Shown: positions 47,516 through 61,762 of the stretch, in pieces
How the letters are laid out: each line of letters begins with the position of its first letter
Numbering within the stretch: the first letter of the stretch is position 1
Program-made: the position numbers and the translations under genes
Notes under the pieces: model-generated
Told to the model about the DNA's origin: nothing
Databases searched by the model: none
The model's input: only the letters and a program-made list of their open reading frames with translations
Source: Lama glama
Lineage: Eukaryota
DNA length: 64,000 bases
Direction of reading: 5' to 3'
NCBI GenBank assembly: GCA_028534125.1
Contig: CM052832.1
Span: 8,930,001 to 8,994,000, forward strand

Positions 47516-48364
47516 ACAAAAAACCAAGAGAAATTGAAAACAACCTAATTGTTTAATGCTAGGAGAAGGGTTAAATGAATTAATGTTTGTATTTTTTATA
47601 TTAGTGAATATTGTGCATCAGCTTTTAAAATCATGTTTTCAAAAGAATGTTTAATGACATGGGATATAGAATGGAGTTTGGTTCAGTTATGGGCTGTGAA
47701 GCTAGAATGCCTAGCTTTCAATCCTGACTACATTGTTTGGGAGTTGTCCGACTTCCACCAAATTACTTCTCTAATCCTCGATTTCCTCATCTGTATGATG
47801 GGAAAGGTAATAACAAATAATAAATACACCTGTACAATGGGAATGATATTTAAATAAGAACATCCATGAAGAGGGTCTAGCATTATTATTTATACATAGT
47901 AAGAAGTCAATAAATGTTCTCTCTTTCTTGATATATGTGTATACATAATTACATACAGAAAGTTTAAATAAACAGGATATAAATTTAAATGGAAAATATG
48001 TATCCAATTTTACATAAGAAATACATAATTATTCCTAGAAGGAAGCAGACCAAATGTTAACAATGGTTATCTCTGCATGTTAGGATTTTGGATAGTTTTT
48101 ATTTTCGTCTTAATAATTGTTTATTTCTTAAATTTTCTATGATGAATCTGTATTATTTTAAAAATCAGGAAAATAAATATTATTAAAACATAAAACTACA
48201 GTATACTATGGTTTATTTAGCCATTCCTTTACTTTTAGACTTTTGGGTTTTCCTGTTTGAGGCAGTAGATATTGTCGTTTATAAAGCATTTTCCAAATTC
48301 ATACTTATTTCCTTAAAATTGGCTTAAAGTCCTCTGTGTTTTCTTGTGGGTTTTTTGTTTGTTT

Positions 48365-49010
48365 AACTTAAAAATGTTTTAAATTGTAATAAAATACACA
48401 TAACATAAAATTTATCATTTTAGCCATTTTGAAGTGTATAGTTTGTCTGTATTAAGTATATTCACACTGTTGTGCAACCACAACCCTCTATAGAATTCTT
48501 TTCATCCTACAAAATTAAACACTCCATCCCTGCTCCCCTAGCCCTTGGCTGCCACCATTCTACTTTCTGTCTATAACTTTGACTACATCATTAAAGTGAA
48601 ATCATGCAGTCTTTGACTTTTTGTGCCTGGCTTATTTCATTTAACATAACAGTCTCAAGCTTCATAATCCATGTTGTAGCATGTGTCAGAACTTTCTTCC
48701 TTTTCAAAGGCTGATTAACATTCCACTGTATGTATATACTACATTTTGCTTCCAATCAGTTCATCTCTCACTGGACATCCCTCAGTGGTTGCTCCATTTT
48801 AACCATGATTAACATAGGTGTGCAAATCGCTCTTCAAGATCCTACTTTCACTTCTTTTGTGTATATATCCAGAAGTGGAATTGCTGTATCATATGGTAAT
48901 TTAATTTAAATTTAAATTTTGATAGTGGTCATCCTAATGGGTGTGAAGTGTTATCTCGTAGTAGTGGTTTCAATTTGCATTTCCCTAATAATTAGTGATG
49001 TTGAGCATCT
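48365..49010 (-). mobile_element. L1M (L1MA/MB-type) 3' fragment
   Basis: L1 3'UTR/ORF2-end motifs in antisense (CATCCATGTTGTAGCATGTGTCAGAA-like, CCAGAAGTGGAATTGCTG, TTTGCATTTCCCTAATAATTAGTGATGTTGAGCAT). Confidence 0.75.
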
Positions 49011-49839
49011 AAGACCTCTGTATTTTAAGGCTCCTGACACACATCTGTTATACTAATTTGTGTTAGTATAAAACCACCACAACATACGAAAGGCCCATCT
49101 GGCATTTCTTTAAAAAATAAAATAAAAATTTTAAAACCCTAATTTAATTAGCAAAAAATGGAATCTCAGTTCTCTTATCAAAACATTCTTTTCCCATTTT
49201 AGTCGCTTCCTTTGCTGTATTGTCTGTTCATTGTCCTCTCATAGTCCTAGTGTCTTACTGATTTTGAAAAGCTTTCACATATTAAAGATACCAACCCTCT
49301 GTATAATGTATTTGGCTGGAGCCATTTCCCAATTCATTGACTACTTTAAATTTCACTTTTTTTTTTTAACCTGCAGTTTTTTGTTTTGTATGAACTAACG
49401 TATCCATCTTCCCTATTGGGATTTATCTCATCCCTTTTAAGCCTAGAAAGTCCTCGCCCCTCTAAAGGATCCATACATTTCCACTTGTATTGTCTTTTTG
49501 TGCGTGTGTACTTTTACCCCCTCCCCAATTTAATTCCGTGAGGAATTGAATTAATTTTGGTATATTATAGAAGATGTGCATCTAAATTTCATTATTTTTC
49601 CCAAAGAGCTAATCAGTTACCCCAGGACTATTCACTGAATAATCCTTCCTTTCCCCACTATTTGCGAGACGTTCTTTATTACTTGTTAACATCTTTATCA
49701 TATGTTAATGTCTTTTATATTGCTGGGTTTACTTGTTCCTGGCTCTCCGGATTTCCTGCTTTACATTATTCTTTATTCTGGTGTCAGCCTCACTCCATTT
49801 CCGTCTGATGGTATTTTAATAATCATGTCGATTGCACCC

Positions 49840-50240
49840 TTCCGCGCCCCGAGTGCCCCCCTGCAGCCCGCGCTGCGCTCCCGCCCCTTTTCCCGTGGGG
49901 CAGCCTGGAGGCCTCGGGCGCCACGTGTTCCCAGGCGCAGCCCGCGCCCAGGTGCGCGCAGTCTCGGTGGGTTCCCGCCGGGAGGGGGAGGGAGGGAGGC
50001 AGGTGTCCCTAACGACTCTCCCGCCTTCCAGCCTCTTGGGCTCAGTTACCACAATACAGATGGGGACGAGCCCTCTGGCTTCCTTCGCTCTTTGAGTTTC
50101 AAGATCTTCCCAGGGACGGGAAGGCTGAAACCTCCCCCACCGCCAGCCACCTCCCTCACCCCGCTGCTCACTGCTCGTCTGGGCCATCTCGCGACAGCTA
50201 CCCCACTGGCCCACTGCCAGCCTCCTGGACACGGGTTGGC
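49840..50240. promoter_or_regulatory. CpG-rich candidate PTCRA upstream enhancer (CSL, E-box, Myb, Sp1/ZBP-89 motifs)
   Basis: About 3.2 kb upstream of the PTCRA ATG. CCTGGGAA (on -) at 49928-49935 and 50107-50114; CAGGTG at 49949 and 50000; CACGTG at 49922; GGAGG tract 49981-49999; CAGTTA at 50043. Confidence 0.6.
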
Positions 50241-50769
50241 CTGGAAGTTTTCTTTGCCCTCTCTTTCATCGGTTCTCTCCTTCCAGGAGCCCCGGGAATC
50301 TCCACCTGACTCCACAGTCTTGCTGGTACTAAAAATGCCCTTCCCCAGGGCAGTGAGGATGCTCTGACATGTGGCCTTAGATCCCAGAGCTGAATTTCTG
50401 CTCTGAGCTTCTCACTTGGGACTAAACCTGCCATTTGCAGACCCGCTATCTAGAGCCAGGTGGTGTTCACAGACATCTCATTTAATCCTCAAAACCACGC
50501 ATCGGGTATTATCATCTCGGTTTTGCCGTCAAGTAAACTGAGGCTCAGAAAAACGAAGTCACTGAAGATTCTCTAGCAGGCAAGTGGTGGAGCTGGGCAT
50601 TCATTGCAGAGATGTGTTTACAGGTCTGTCTCTCTCCAAAGCTCTTTTCACAAGGTTTTTGGGAGAATTCAGTGAAATATGAGTACCCACCTGAGTGCCT
50701 GGTACACAGCAGATTCTCTCTCCCTTCTTTTTTCACCTACCCAGGTAGAAAACCCAGGGCTGTTGTTAA

Positions 50770-53700
50770 ACTGAGATGAGCCACATAGAATGTGAGAAAG
50801 AAAATTAAGGAAACGTAGCAGTACTTATTAGAGAAGACTGCTGATATTACCAAATGATTACTGAGCATAAATCTGACCTATCTGATTAGATTGTAACCAG
50901 AGGGGCAGACGGGGCGTCAGCCCGTGTGTCTGCTGAACTTGCAAGTAGAATTCTCTTCCAGTGATACCGAAGGGGTCATATGTCCACTGGAATCTAAAAT
51001 GTTTCCTACCGTCGGTGTTCACATAAGTTAGCAGGGGAAGAGTGGTTTTGAGGCCCAAGTTCATAATCACGGCCAGCTGCTACACCTCCAGTGACAGGTT
51101 CTTCTTCTTTGACAGCACCTTGGCTGGACTGGGTTCTCTGCCTGGTGGTGACTCAGGCCTTTATTCCTGTGGTGTCTGAGTCCTCGGTAGTCTTGACATT
51201 GTGGGTTGCTGAGGTTTTCTGTTAACCAGGACAACTGAGCAGAGGATTATTAAGAGGCACTGTGTGAATCCCCAGACCTAGTGCCTACCTCTATTATGTG
51301 GTAGCAACCTAATGTTCTCTGGTAATTGGGATTAGTCAACCCAGACCTTACAGTAACCGCCCCCCTTTCTCTGCCTGTGGGTTCAACAGCATGAGAAACC
51401 AAAATGGCCTGGGGCCATCTCAGCTTCCAACTCTATGATCCTTGCCTGGTGCAAACATTTCTCCCTTGGATGCTAGGATCGCCAAACTTCCTGAGGGCAA
51501 GGTTATGGGGGTGGGTAGCAAAAGTTCATCCAGTAGGTTATAGACTTCAGCTATAATAGTGAGAAGGCTGCTGCTACCCCCGCCTCTCAGTTATATACAA
51601 TTCTAGTTTTGGCTTAAAGAAGACACTGTATCCTGCAGGACAGCACGTCCACCTTGCAGGGTGTAGTTTCTTAACTCTGCTCTGAGCCTGCAGCTGGCCA
51701 ATCCTCCATTCTATCAGGCCAACTGCTCCTGGGTCATGGGGCACATGGTAAGACCAGTGAATGCTTTGGGTGTGAGCTCATTCCTTGGCTATAAAATGTG
51801 TGCCAATGTTGGAGGCAATGTTATGTGGAATGCCATGGTGATGCATACAGTATTCTGTGAGTCCATAAATGGTGGTGTTGACATAAGCAGTGGTGAATTC
51901 ATACCTGGAATATGTGTCTATGAGGATAAAGCACAGCCCTTCCATGCTAGAGGGGCCCAAACAAATCAATCTATGATCAGGTGAGAATGGTGTCCACTCA
52001 GGGACTCAGCTCTGGGCTGTAAATAGGATGGACATGCAGCCAGATTAGCCTCAGAGAGAGGAAGACCATGTTACTGAGCCAAAATATAGCTTCCACCCTG
52101 CCACCGTGGGTCTGCTGAGCAAGTCCTGGAGCACCTGGGGAAAAGGGGTGACTGTGGCCCACGGGACTATCATTTTGTCTACCTGATGACCATTCTTCCC
52201 CATGCTTTATTATGGGTCATTGTGGTTCCTTTGCCTTTGGCTGTTAAGCATCACCACCTGCTCTTTGCCCCACCAGGATACCATTATTCTCATCCAGGTC
52301 AGGGTATTCAGTTCCAGTCTCTAGCATCTCCCACTAGCATCTCCAGCCTACGGAGCCCCACCAGCAGAGCAAGCCAAGGTTGCTGGTGGTCCTCACCAAT
52401 GCATTTCTTACTGCTTTGGTAAAGGGAGTGTTTTCCAGGCCCCCTTAACATATGTGGCTAGGGATGGCGAAGCAGACTGCACATAATAAATCCAATCCAG
52501 CATTCCTGTCTCTCTGAGACTTTGGATTCCTTCCTCTATAGTATGCCAAGGAAATTCTGGCGTTTTAAGTTTATTAACTCTAGGCTACATTAAGTCCAGA
52601 CTTTAATTAAACAACCTAACAGACTACTCACGCTTTTTCCAGGTACTCGAGCCAACACATTAAGTCCAAAATCCTGAATGAGCATCCTGAGCCATGGGTT
52701 TGGCCAAACCAGGTCTAACTTTCCACCCTCCTGGGTCTGTTTCCCCTAGAATCTTCTCCATGCATGCTCCTGTGGCTCTTGCCAAGTCAGTTTGGCAGGG
52801 CCTGTGACTCTGGGCATTCTCCTCTTAGCGTGGGCCCAGAGCTTCTTCACCCAGGCTGGGCTGGGATCTAACTCACAAAGGGCCTGGGGCCAAAGAGGGG
52901 TGGAGTGGGAAGGGTTCTGAGGCTGATGTCCTGGGAGACAGGATCACTACAGGAGGAGGCTGTCTGCACAGACAAGACCCTTCAAAAGAATTTGCGGGTT
53001 CAGAGTTCCCAGGCTTGTCTGTGTCTGCCCAGATATCCTTATCCCATCTCTGGGCTCCACCCCTTCCCCATCAATGCCCTCACCTTAGCGTAAGAGACCT
53101 AGAGGCATTTAATCAGCCATGTGAGCCCCTCTGTCTGTGGGAGATGGGGGATCTCTTCAAGGTCCCATCAAGAAGTCCTCATGGCTCACTCACATTCCCC
53201 CTCAGATACTGATGACTCTTAGTTCTCCTTTCCCCTGCACATGTTCCCTGAGGCCATCAGAAGCCACAGGACTCCACACCAGAGTGTAGAAGAGCCAAAG
53301 CCATTTCATCTCGCTCCTCCACTCCCCAGCAATGCAGGGCCCTACCCTGCCTTTCGCGCTATCCCGGCGGTAGCTTGACAGGTGGTGAGACTCTGCATGC
53401 AGTGGATTTCCTGGGCGCTTCTCCCCCACTGCACAGAGACTTTCCTTGTCCTCCTTGAACTGGTGATCCATCCACTCCCAGTATCCCATTTGAGGCTACT
53501 CTTGGAACCAATTCCTGTATTGATGAGTATGGGCAGGAAATAGATGGCACACTTATATTGGGTAGTTTGAGGGGAATTTAATAAAAGGATTATTTACAGA
53601 GGCACAGCAGTGTGAAGGGAAATCCCAAGGGACAGTGCAGTGTCCAGAACTAGTGACGGGCCTGCGGAGTGAGGGGAGGGAGCAGTGTGGGGCCCCAGAG

Positions 53701-53880
53701 CCAGAGAGCCATGTGGAGGGACCCTGCAGCCAGTGGAGATCCTGGAGGGAGAGAAAATGCAGAGTAAATACCCTGACTGTCTTCTCCTTTCTCCTGCTGG
53801 GCCCACCATTGGCCAAAGCCAGAGGTTCAGGGAGCCGATTGCAAGTGTCTGCAGATGTCAGTGGCCAGGAGGCTGCGGGG
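50770..53880 (-). mobile_element. Decayed ERV-L/MaLR-class internal region with integrase remnant and adjoining LTR (about 53553-53880)
   Basis: ORF 51778..51969(-) reads IDTYSRYEF...HHHGIPHNIASNIGTHFIAKE, resembling the ERV-L integrase core (IDTYSGYGF...GIPHSIASDQGTHF). Many stops and frameshifts. Confidence 0.65.
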
Positions 53881-54072
53881 GGCCACTCATGACCTGAGGA
53901 CTGCCGAGCACAGAAGTTGGGCCTAAACTCCCACAGTGCAGGGCGTCAGGCTCTGAGGTTGATCTCTCAAGGACAATCTCTGTCCCGCCACCCCTTTGAG
54001 GAATGTGCCAGATGCATTAAGGCCTGAAGGAACATCCTGAGCTATCAAGTCACTAAGGACCTTTGGAAGGAG

Positions 54073-54172
54073 NNNNNNNNNNNNNNNNNNNNNNNNNNNN
54101 NNNNNNNNNNNNNNNNNNNNNNNNNNNNNNNNNNNNNNNNNNNNNNNNNNNNNNNNNNNNNNNNNNNNNNNN
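54073..54172. other. Assembly gap (100 N, probably unsized)
   Basis: Run of N. Confidence 1.
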
Positions 54173-55296
54173 CTCGTCCACTCTTGACCTAGCGTCTTGC
54201 GGGCTAGAGTGAGACCCTCTCAACCCCACCTTTTAGTCTTGTCTTTCTTTCTCAGTCCTGCAGCACAGGTTTTCTGGACCTGATCGATTGTCGGCAGGCT
54301 CCGACAGAGGCCAGGAGGACAAGGGTAGAGAGAGGACCTGAAGGGGCCAACAGGAGACGGCCAGCATAACCACCACTGGATAAGAATATTAACTGCCTTC
54401 ATTGGGCATCATTCGTTATCCCATTTGATCTGCTGTGCAGTCCTGTGAGGCGGGCACCGTCACGGCTCTTGTTTTACAGGTAGAGATCTGAAGCACAGAT
54501 AAATGGAAACAATTTGCTCCAGAGTTCCGCAGCTCATAAAAGCCAGGGGTGGCATTAGGATCTGGGCTGATCTGGCTCCAGAATCGGGCTTGGGCCAGCC
54601 CTGCAGGCCGACAAGTTGACCATAAGAGCAGCTCCCATGTATGTGCTCTGAGATCAAATACATTTCAAAACCACTCTAAAGTGTAGGCTGCTATATCACT
54701 GGGCAAAGAACACTGTTCCCACACCAGGCACTGCACGACATTATTTGTATGATAAATTCTATGATGCATGTGTATCATAATTATCATCATCATTTAGTTC
54801 TGTGACTTTTCCCCCAGGTAGGCTGTGAACCCCTGGAGAGCAGGGATCTGTGCACCAGGCTCTGGGCACTGGGCACTGCACATGGCAGGCTCTCGGTCTG
54901 TGCTTGCATTGAGTTGAATTCAGTCTTTTCTCCTTGAGTTTATAACAAGAGATTCAGTCAGCCAAGCATTTAGTTAACATTTCTGAACACCACTAGGTCT
55001 CTGCAGCTGCCAGTCTAGGCACATAGGAATATTAGCTGAGTAGGACTCATGGTCTAGTCTCAGAGACAACGGGTGCACGGTGAGATGAGCAAGGGACGGC
55101 AGGAGCACAGAAGGAGGACCAGTTAATGCTGATGGCAACGATGGGAGGGGCGGGCCCACCGAGAAGCGTTTGAAAGATGAATTGGGCTCCAATAAATGAA
55201 GGATAGGGAAGGGCATTTCCTGTTTTTAATTTTTTAAATTAAAGTGTAGTTGATTTACAATGTTAGTTTCAGGTGTACAGCAACATGATTCAGTTA

Positions 55297-55413
55297 TTTT
55301 TATTTATTATTTTTAAATTTATTATTTTAAAGTGGAGGTGCTGGGGATTGAACCTAGGACTTCGTGCATGCTAAGCACACACTGTACCACTGAGCTACAC
55401 TCTCCCTCCAAAA
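55297..55413 (-). mobile_element. tRNA-Ala-derived SINE nested in an L1 3' end (host about 55225-55595)
   Basis: GGAGGTGCTGGGGATTGAACCTAGGAC...GCATGCTAAGCAC...CCACTGAGCTACAC, with the TSD TGATTCAGTTAT on both sides. Confidence 0.85.
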
Positions 55414-56458
55414 GTGATTCAGTTATACATGTACATACATATATATTTTTTCTTTTCAGATTCTTTTCTATTATAGGCTGTTACAAGAAATTGAGTATAG
55501 TTCCCTGTGCTATACAGTAGGTCCTTGTTGTTTATCTGTTTTATACGTAGTAATGTGTGTCTGTTAATTCCCTAACCCCTAATTTATCCCTCCCTGAAGA
55601 GCATTTCCTGTTGAGATGTGCTGTTGAAAATCATGGGTGAAAGATGTCTAATGAGTTATAAACGAGCTCAGTGGTGTTTGGAGGTTGAATTTGGCCTTGC
55701 CACACCCTGCAGAAATGACTTCTTGGCCTCCAGGGTCCCAGCTGATGCAGGGAAAGGCTGTGGATGTGCCTGGATGGGAGGTATCTCTGTCCCCGCCAGT
55801 GGGTTTACTCACTTTTCCTTCTTTCGCCTCCTTTCCTTCTGTGTGCACGTCCATGGCAGGGCACAGGCTCAGGACGGCTGCCCACAGGGCAGGGGCCTCT
55901 GTGCCCAGTCAAGGGGAGGCAGCCTGGGCTAAGAGTCAGCGGGCTCACGTTCCAACCCCAGCCCTGTTACTCCTTCTTACTGGCTCAGTTTACCTCCCTG
56001 TATATGAGGGGGTTGGGTTCAGTGGTGCCAGAGATCCCTCCTGACAACCCCTAATTCTCAGACTCATCCTGTCCGTCTTCCGGAGTTGTGCTGAGGAGGA
56101 AATAAAAGAATTGGAGAGAAGAAAAATTATGATGCTGAGACAACTCCCCACTTCCCAAACGCATACACATCACTTTACCTAATTCTGAGACAATGTGGTC
56201 CTAACTGAGCGGGGGAGGATGCCCGAGGTTGGCTTTAATTCCATAAAGATGTTTTCTGGTAGGAAAGAAGGCAGTGGTGGAGCAGGAACCCAGAGCCCAC
56301 CAGCTAGGTTGTGGGGAGTGGAACTGGGGCCAAGGACATCCGAGGAAGAAAGAGAATCTGGTGGTTTAGGAGGAAATCCTTAGGGCAGGAAGTGCAGGAG
56401 GTCGCCCAGAAACTGACGCAGGCCACAGAGAGAAGGGTGAGTTCTTCATCCAGTTCCG

Positions 56459-57255
56459 TGTTACAAACGCCAGCGGGGGTGCTGCCCTTCAGCTCAAACA
56501 CTAACTGGCTGGTTAGCACAGATCCCACAGGTTCAAGAGCACAGTCCCCACAGGAGTGCTCTTAGTTCAGACACTGGCTGCAAATTCAGAAGGGCCCCAG
56601 GCCACAGGCAATTCTGACTCACTGAGTACAAATTTAGGGGATCCCATGACCCCTTTCAAGTTCAATAACTTGCCAGAACAACTCACAGAACATAGAACTC
56701 AGAAAATCACTGTTCTTATGATTATAGTTTTATTACAGAGGATATAAATCAGGAGGAGCAGCCAAATGAAGAGACGCCTAGGGCAAGGTCTGAGAGGGTC
56801 CTGCATGCTGGGCTACTGTGCTGGCTCCTGGTGCAACTGGAAGATGGCACAGAAGCCTTTCCTTGTGGAATCTCCCAACACATTGATGAGTTCAACCAGG
56901 ACGCTCCACTGAGCTTTGTGTCCAGAGTTTTTATAGGGGCTTCCTTACATATGCATGGCTGATTAAATCATTGGCTGGAGACTGAACTCAATCTCCAGGC
57001 CCCCTCCTTGGACTGCCTCCCCTACCAACCTTGGGCTCAAAGCCCCAGCTCTTTAATCACATGGTTGGCCAGCCCAAGTCGTGAAACCATTTAGGGGCCA
57101 CCATGAGTCACCTCCTTGGCATAAACTATGAATGTTACTTCTAATACTTGGGCCTACCATGAATGTTACTTCTAATACTTGGGAAATTCCAAGGATTTAG
57201 TCTCCCCTCCAGGAACTAGGGACAAAGGCCAGTCAAATTCTTTCTCAACTAACAC
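56459..57255. mobile_element. MER21-like LTR
   Basis: TG...CA ends with MER21-type motifs (CAGATCCCACAGGT, GTTCAATAACTTGCCAGAACAACTCACAGAA, GATTAAATCATTGG). Internal duplication of ATGAATGTTACTTCTAATACTTGGG at about 57128 and 57159. Confidence 0.65.
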
Positions 57256-57801
57256 TTTGGTCAGTTTCTTCCACACTAGCTTCTCAAGCTCACCCCTTCC
57301 AACTTTGTATTTTGACAAACCATTTAGATTCACCAGTTCTTAGCAATCTTGCCACATTTGCTTTCTCTTTTTCTCTCTTTCTTATTATGACATTTCACCC
57401 ATAAATGCTTCAGCATGTATCTCCTATGAAAAAGGTCATTCTCCCACATAACCAAGACACAATTCCTGTACTTAATTTGACACTGATATAACACTGTCAT
57501 CTAATACACAGACCATCTTCAAATTTCCCCCTCATTTTGGATCCAAACCAGGATCACACTTTGCACTTTTCACACCTCCTTTAGTCTGACATAGTTCTGC
57601 CGTCTTGTCTTTTTCTTTCGTTCTTTGTCTTTCGTGACATCGACATCTATAAAGCCTGCACGCCAGTCACTTTGCAGAATGCTCTCTCACTTTGATTTGT
57701 CTGCTCATTTGCTCAAGATTAGATTCAGAGTGAACATTTTGGGCAGGAACACTATGGAAGAGTTGTGGTATCCCCCTCAGTGCCTCACTCCAGGAGACAT
57801 A

Positions 57802-58311
57802 TGTCATAGAAAGTAATCAATAAACAATAATAGGAATAGAAAAGAGTTTTATCTGAGCCAAACTGAGGACTAGCCCAGAAGCCCACTTCCCAGATTACTC
57901 TGAGAAGTTACTCTAGATAAGCAGGGTTTTCAGTCCAGTTTTGTATCTTGTCAGAACAAAGAACATTAAACAAGTCAGGGTTACATTTCTTCAAGGTTTG
58001 GGGGGAAAAAAAAGAAAAAAGCCCAGACCAGCATGAACGTAGCGAGTCAGTATGGCCTTGGCACCTGGGATGGGACTCATCCTCAAAGGAGCACTAGTGT
58101 TAGTGACCCAGGAAGAGGGACATTTAATCTTTATTTTTAACATGAAAATTCTTTACTTCTGGTCGATGTGCCCTTTTCTTTAATAATGAAAGCAGATGTA
58201 CAGTGTATTTTGGTAGGCCGTTTTAGTTAGTATACAATTCAGATTAACTCATATAAGCCACAATAACGTCCTTCCATCTCACGTCCCTACGTGAAAAATC
58301 CTTTTATCACA
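57802..58311 (-). mobile_element. ERV1-type solo LTR inserted in an old L1 fragment, upstream of C6orf226
   Basis: TG...CA termini with a CATA/CATG 4-bp flank. Contains TTTTATCTG...CTGAGGACT..GCCCAG...CTCTGAG, shared in reverse complement with the LTR at 59328-59814. Confidence 0.65.
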
Positions 58312-58735
58312 CATGATGCTAGTTTGTTCTGTTAATAGTAACTGAGCTTTGCTTATTTGATTAAAGTCGTGTGTGCCAGGTTAGGCTTGCTTTTGTTAAA
58401 CTTAGAAACCTGAGCTGTATTGGCCCTGACTTCGCGAGCCGCTTGAAGGACTTAGCCCGCCTGGCCTGCCTGCATCTTTTCCCCTCCCCTCTGGGAACAC
58501 CAGGTATTGTCTTGATGGCAGGACATGGGGAGAGAGAAGCTCTGCTGTGGTGTCACTGATTCCCAGTTCTCCTCTGGTCACTGGAGACCTCTCCTCCGTT
58601 ATTTTCTGTCAGGTGCTGCGGAGCCAGAAAGCAGGTATGTGCGTTGTGTGTGTGTGTGCAAACGCGAATCTTTTTGCCTGCACCGGCGAGTCGGCACGCA
58701 TTTGCATTCTGTGCACGCCTTCATGGTTCTTCTAA

Positions 58736-59260
<525 letters not shown>

Positions 59261-59327
59261 GTGGCACCTAGTGGGTTCCTGGTGCTCGAGGTCTTTTGCA
59301 GCTGTGAATGAAAAATGTTGCCTGTCA

Positions 59328-59814
59328 TGTCAACAAAGGATGCTGCGGCCAACAGCCACTACCGCCCCTTGCCCACGGTGAGCTTTGAGGGAACTCAGGA
59401 TGGAGACAAATGGGCTGCCGGCTGCCAAGCCCTTAGCCCCTGCAGCACCCGCAAGGGTGCTCCCTAGGAGACTCAGGATGAAAAGCACAGGTACTTTCCC
59501 TAGGCAGCTGAGGTGCATTTCAAAGGGATGATTTCAATGAGCCCAGATTCTTGCTTATTCCCATGCATAGAGGAAGCGTTAAATTCATTGACTTGAGATG
59601 TCTGGTTTTCTTTAACAGAAATCTTTTGGTGTTCCAGCTATCTGGTTGACTACCTGGCTTTTGTTGCAAAACTGTATTTTGGTTCCTCCCTTCTCTCTTC
59701 TGAGCAGTCCCTCAGAGCTATCTGCGAGGCTGCCTCCTGGGCTTGAGTCCTCAGAAAGTCCACCAGATAAAACATAATCCTCAACTTTTAGGTTGTTCAT
59801 TGTTCTCACTCGAC
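59328..59814 (+). mobile_element. ERV1-type solo LTR directly downstream of C6orf226
   Basis: Starts TGTCAACAAAGG. The 3' part CTCAGAGCTATCTG...GGGCTTGAGTCCTCAG...AGATAAAAC is typical of an R/U5 region. Confidence 0.65.
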
Positions 59815-61762
59815 CTGGCTCTGAGGTCTGGAGGATGTGACTGTCCCGCATAGACACGGACCCTGGATACTGGCCATTCTGCTGATCCTCTTTTGTGCAT
59901 TTACCTCCACCTATCAGCTGGACTTAAACCTCCAGGGAGCATCTTTGAGGTTGTTTTGTATTCATATCTCTGGACCATGAGCCTCAGTAAACATTTTTTT
60001 TAAAAAACTCCTGTTTCAGTCCTTATTTGTAATTGAAATATCTCTCATACTTTACTACTTGCGGTGCATAGATGTGTTTTCACTTTTAAAATGCTGCTTA
60101 GGATACACTAAACGGTTCTGACCTGCTGGGAATGATTTCTTAGGAATGTAGAAGTCGGTGTTTATTTCCTGATTCAGCTTATTCTGGTGGTTGTGGAAAC
60201 GAACTTGGGATCCAAGTGGCATTTTGCTTTCAGACAGCCATTCTCTAGATAGGCAGTGAAAAAAAGGGTTTGATGAAAAAACTTGGCCCAAGAATGACAA
60301 CGAATGATATCTCAAAGCATAAAAAAGGCCAGTCAAGAACAGCCCCTAGGATCCTAGGGTCTGAGCACCAGCTGGGTCAGGCAAGGGGCTGGAGGCTTTA
60401 CAGCAGGGGAAAAACTCTGTCTTCTAAAGTCAGTCTCTTTAAATCTGCCCCATGGCTCACTGCACCTACTCCTGCTTCCTGAAACTAGGTTGTTTGTTCT
60501 CCCTACGCCTAGAACATACCAGGCATTTATGTTGACTGTCATGGACCCACATTAGCACACACTAATCTACAGGCTAGGTCATAGGGCTAGCTTTTTCCAG
60601 AAATAAGGAGAGTCCCACAACTTGTTCAGGGAATGGTATATATCATGGTACACAATACAGAAGTGCATCTTTTTTTTTTTAATTGACGTATAGTCAGTTG
60701 GCAATGTGTCAATTTCTAGTGTAGAAATGCAGCATTTTTGTATAGAATTCTAAGTTAAAAACTGTTGTTTTGCTTAGTACCCTTAACCATGTGAGGCAGA
60801 CAGGCTAGATAGACCACATTAGCCCCATTTTATAGGCAAAAGTGGAAACATTCCCATATTTAGTATAAAACAGCTCTGGGATATAAACCATGGGCTTCCA
60901 TACTCACAACTGCTCTTTTCCCATGACTTTTGATACATCATTTTAAGGTAATCTGATCAATGCTTTACAGTATAAGAGTAACATCTATACCTTCTAATCC
61001 TGGCAGATTAACTCTTGAGCCAACCAACTGTGAAATAAAGTTCATATTTTATGGCTAGACAAGAAAAATTTAAACAAAACATCTTCTCCACCCTTTGGCC
61101 TCCTATCCCTGCACTGTGCATTGTGTATCTGTATTATTGACCAAGGCTTCCTCATCGGCAGAAATTTCCACTCAATCATAAATAGCACATTCTCCTAAGA
61201 CAGCGCCTTAAAGATAACATTCCTTCTTGATAAGGGGTCACACAGTGCTCAGATGTGGATTATAGAAACTGTTAATAATATGTCATTTGATGTACAGCTC
61301 TCTGTCTCAAAAAGCTTACGTAACTGTCTTCACTTCTAACTGGTGGAAGAGTTCAGAGCTTTCTGAGATGCTCTTCTTGAGTTGTATCATCAAATTTGGT
61401 TCAAGTAAAATGTTCCATTTCTTGCTTAAATTGACTGATTAGTTTTTCATCACATATTGTTGTAGTTAGCAGGATATCAGAGATACCCACTAGGGGGCAC
61501 CTAGAGTCTACCTGGAACCAGCACTCAGTACCAGCACGAGCCCACTGAGCCCCACTGGCTTCGTACTCCTCGGATGTTCCGGTGAGTTCTCCTCATGTTC
61601 ATATCTCATTGTTTGGGTGATGGCCCTTCAAATTTTATTGGAGCTGGTTTTCGCTTAAGACTTGGAGTTTTTTTTTTGTAGGTGTTATTATTGTAACTGT
61701 TTTATGGGTAAAAAGAAATAGTTATAATTTAACTTTTACACCTGAATCAGTAAAGGGATAAA

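Noticed and set aside
49702..50367. 221-aa ORF with a hydrophobic start
   Set aside because: It begins in L1 debris with a non-ATG start and crosses a GC-rich regulatory island. No recognisable domain or splice structure.
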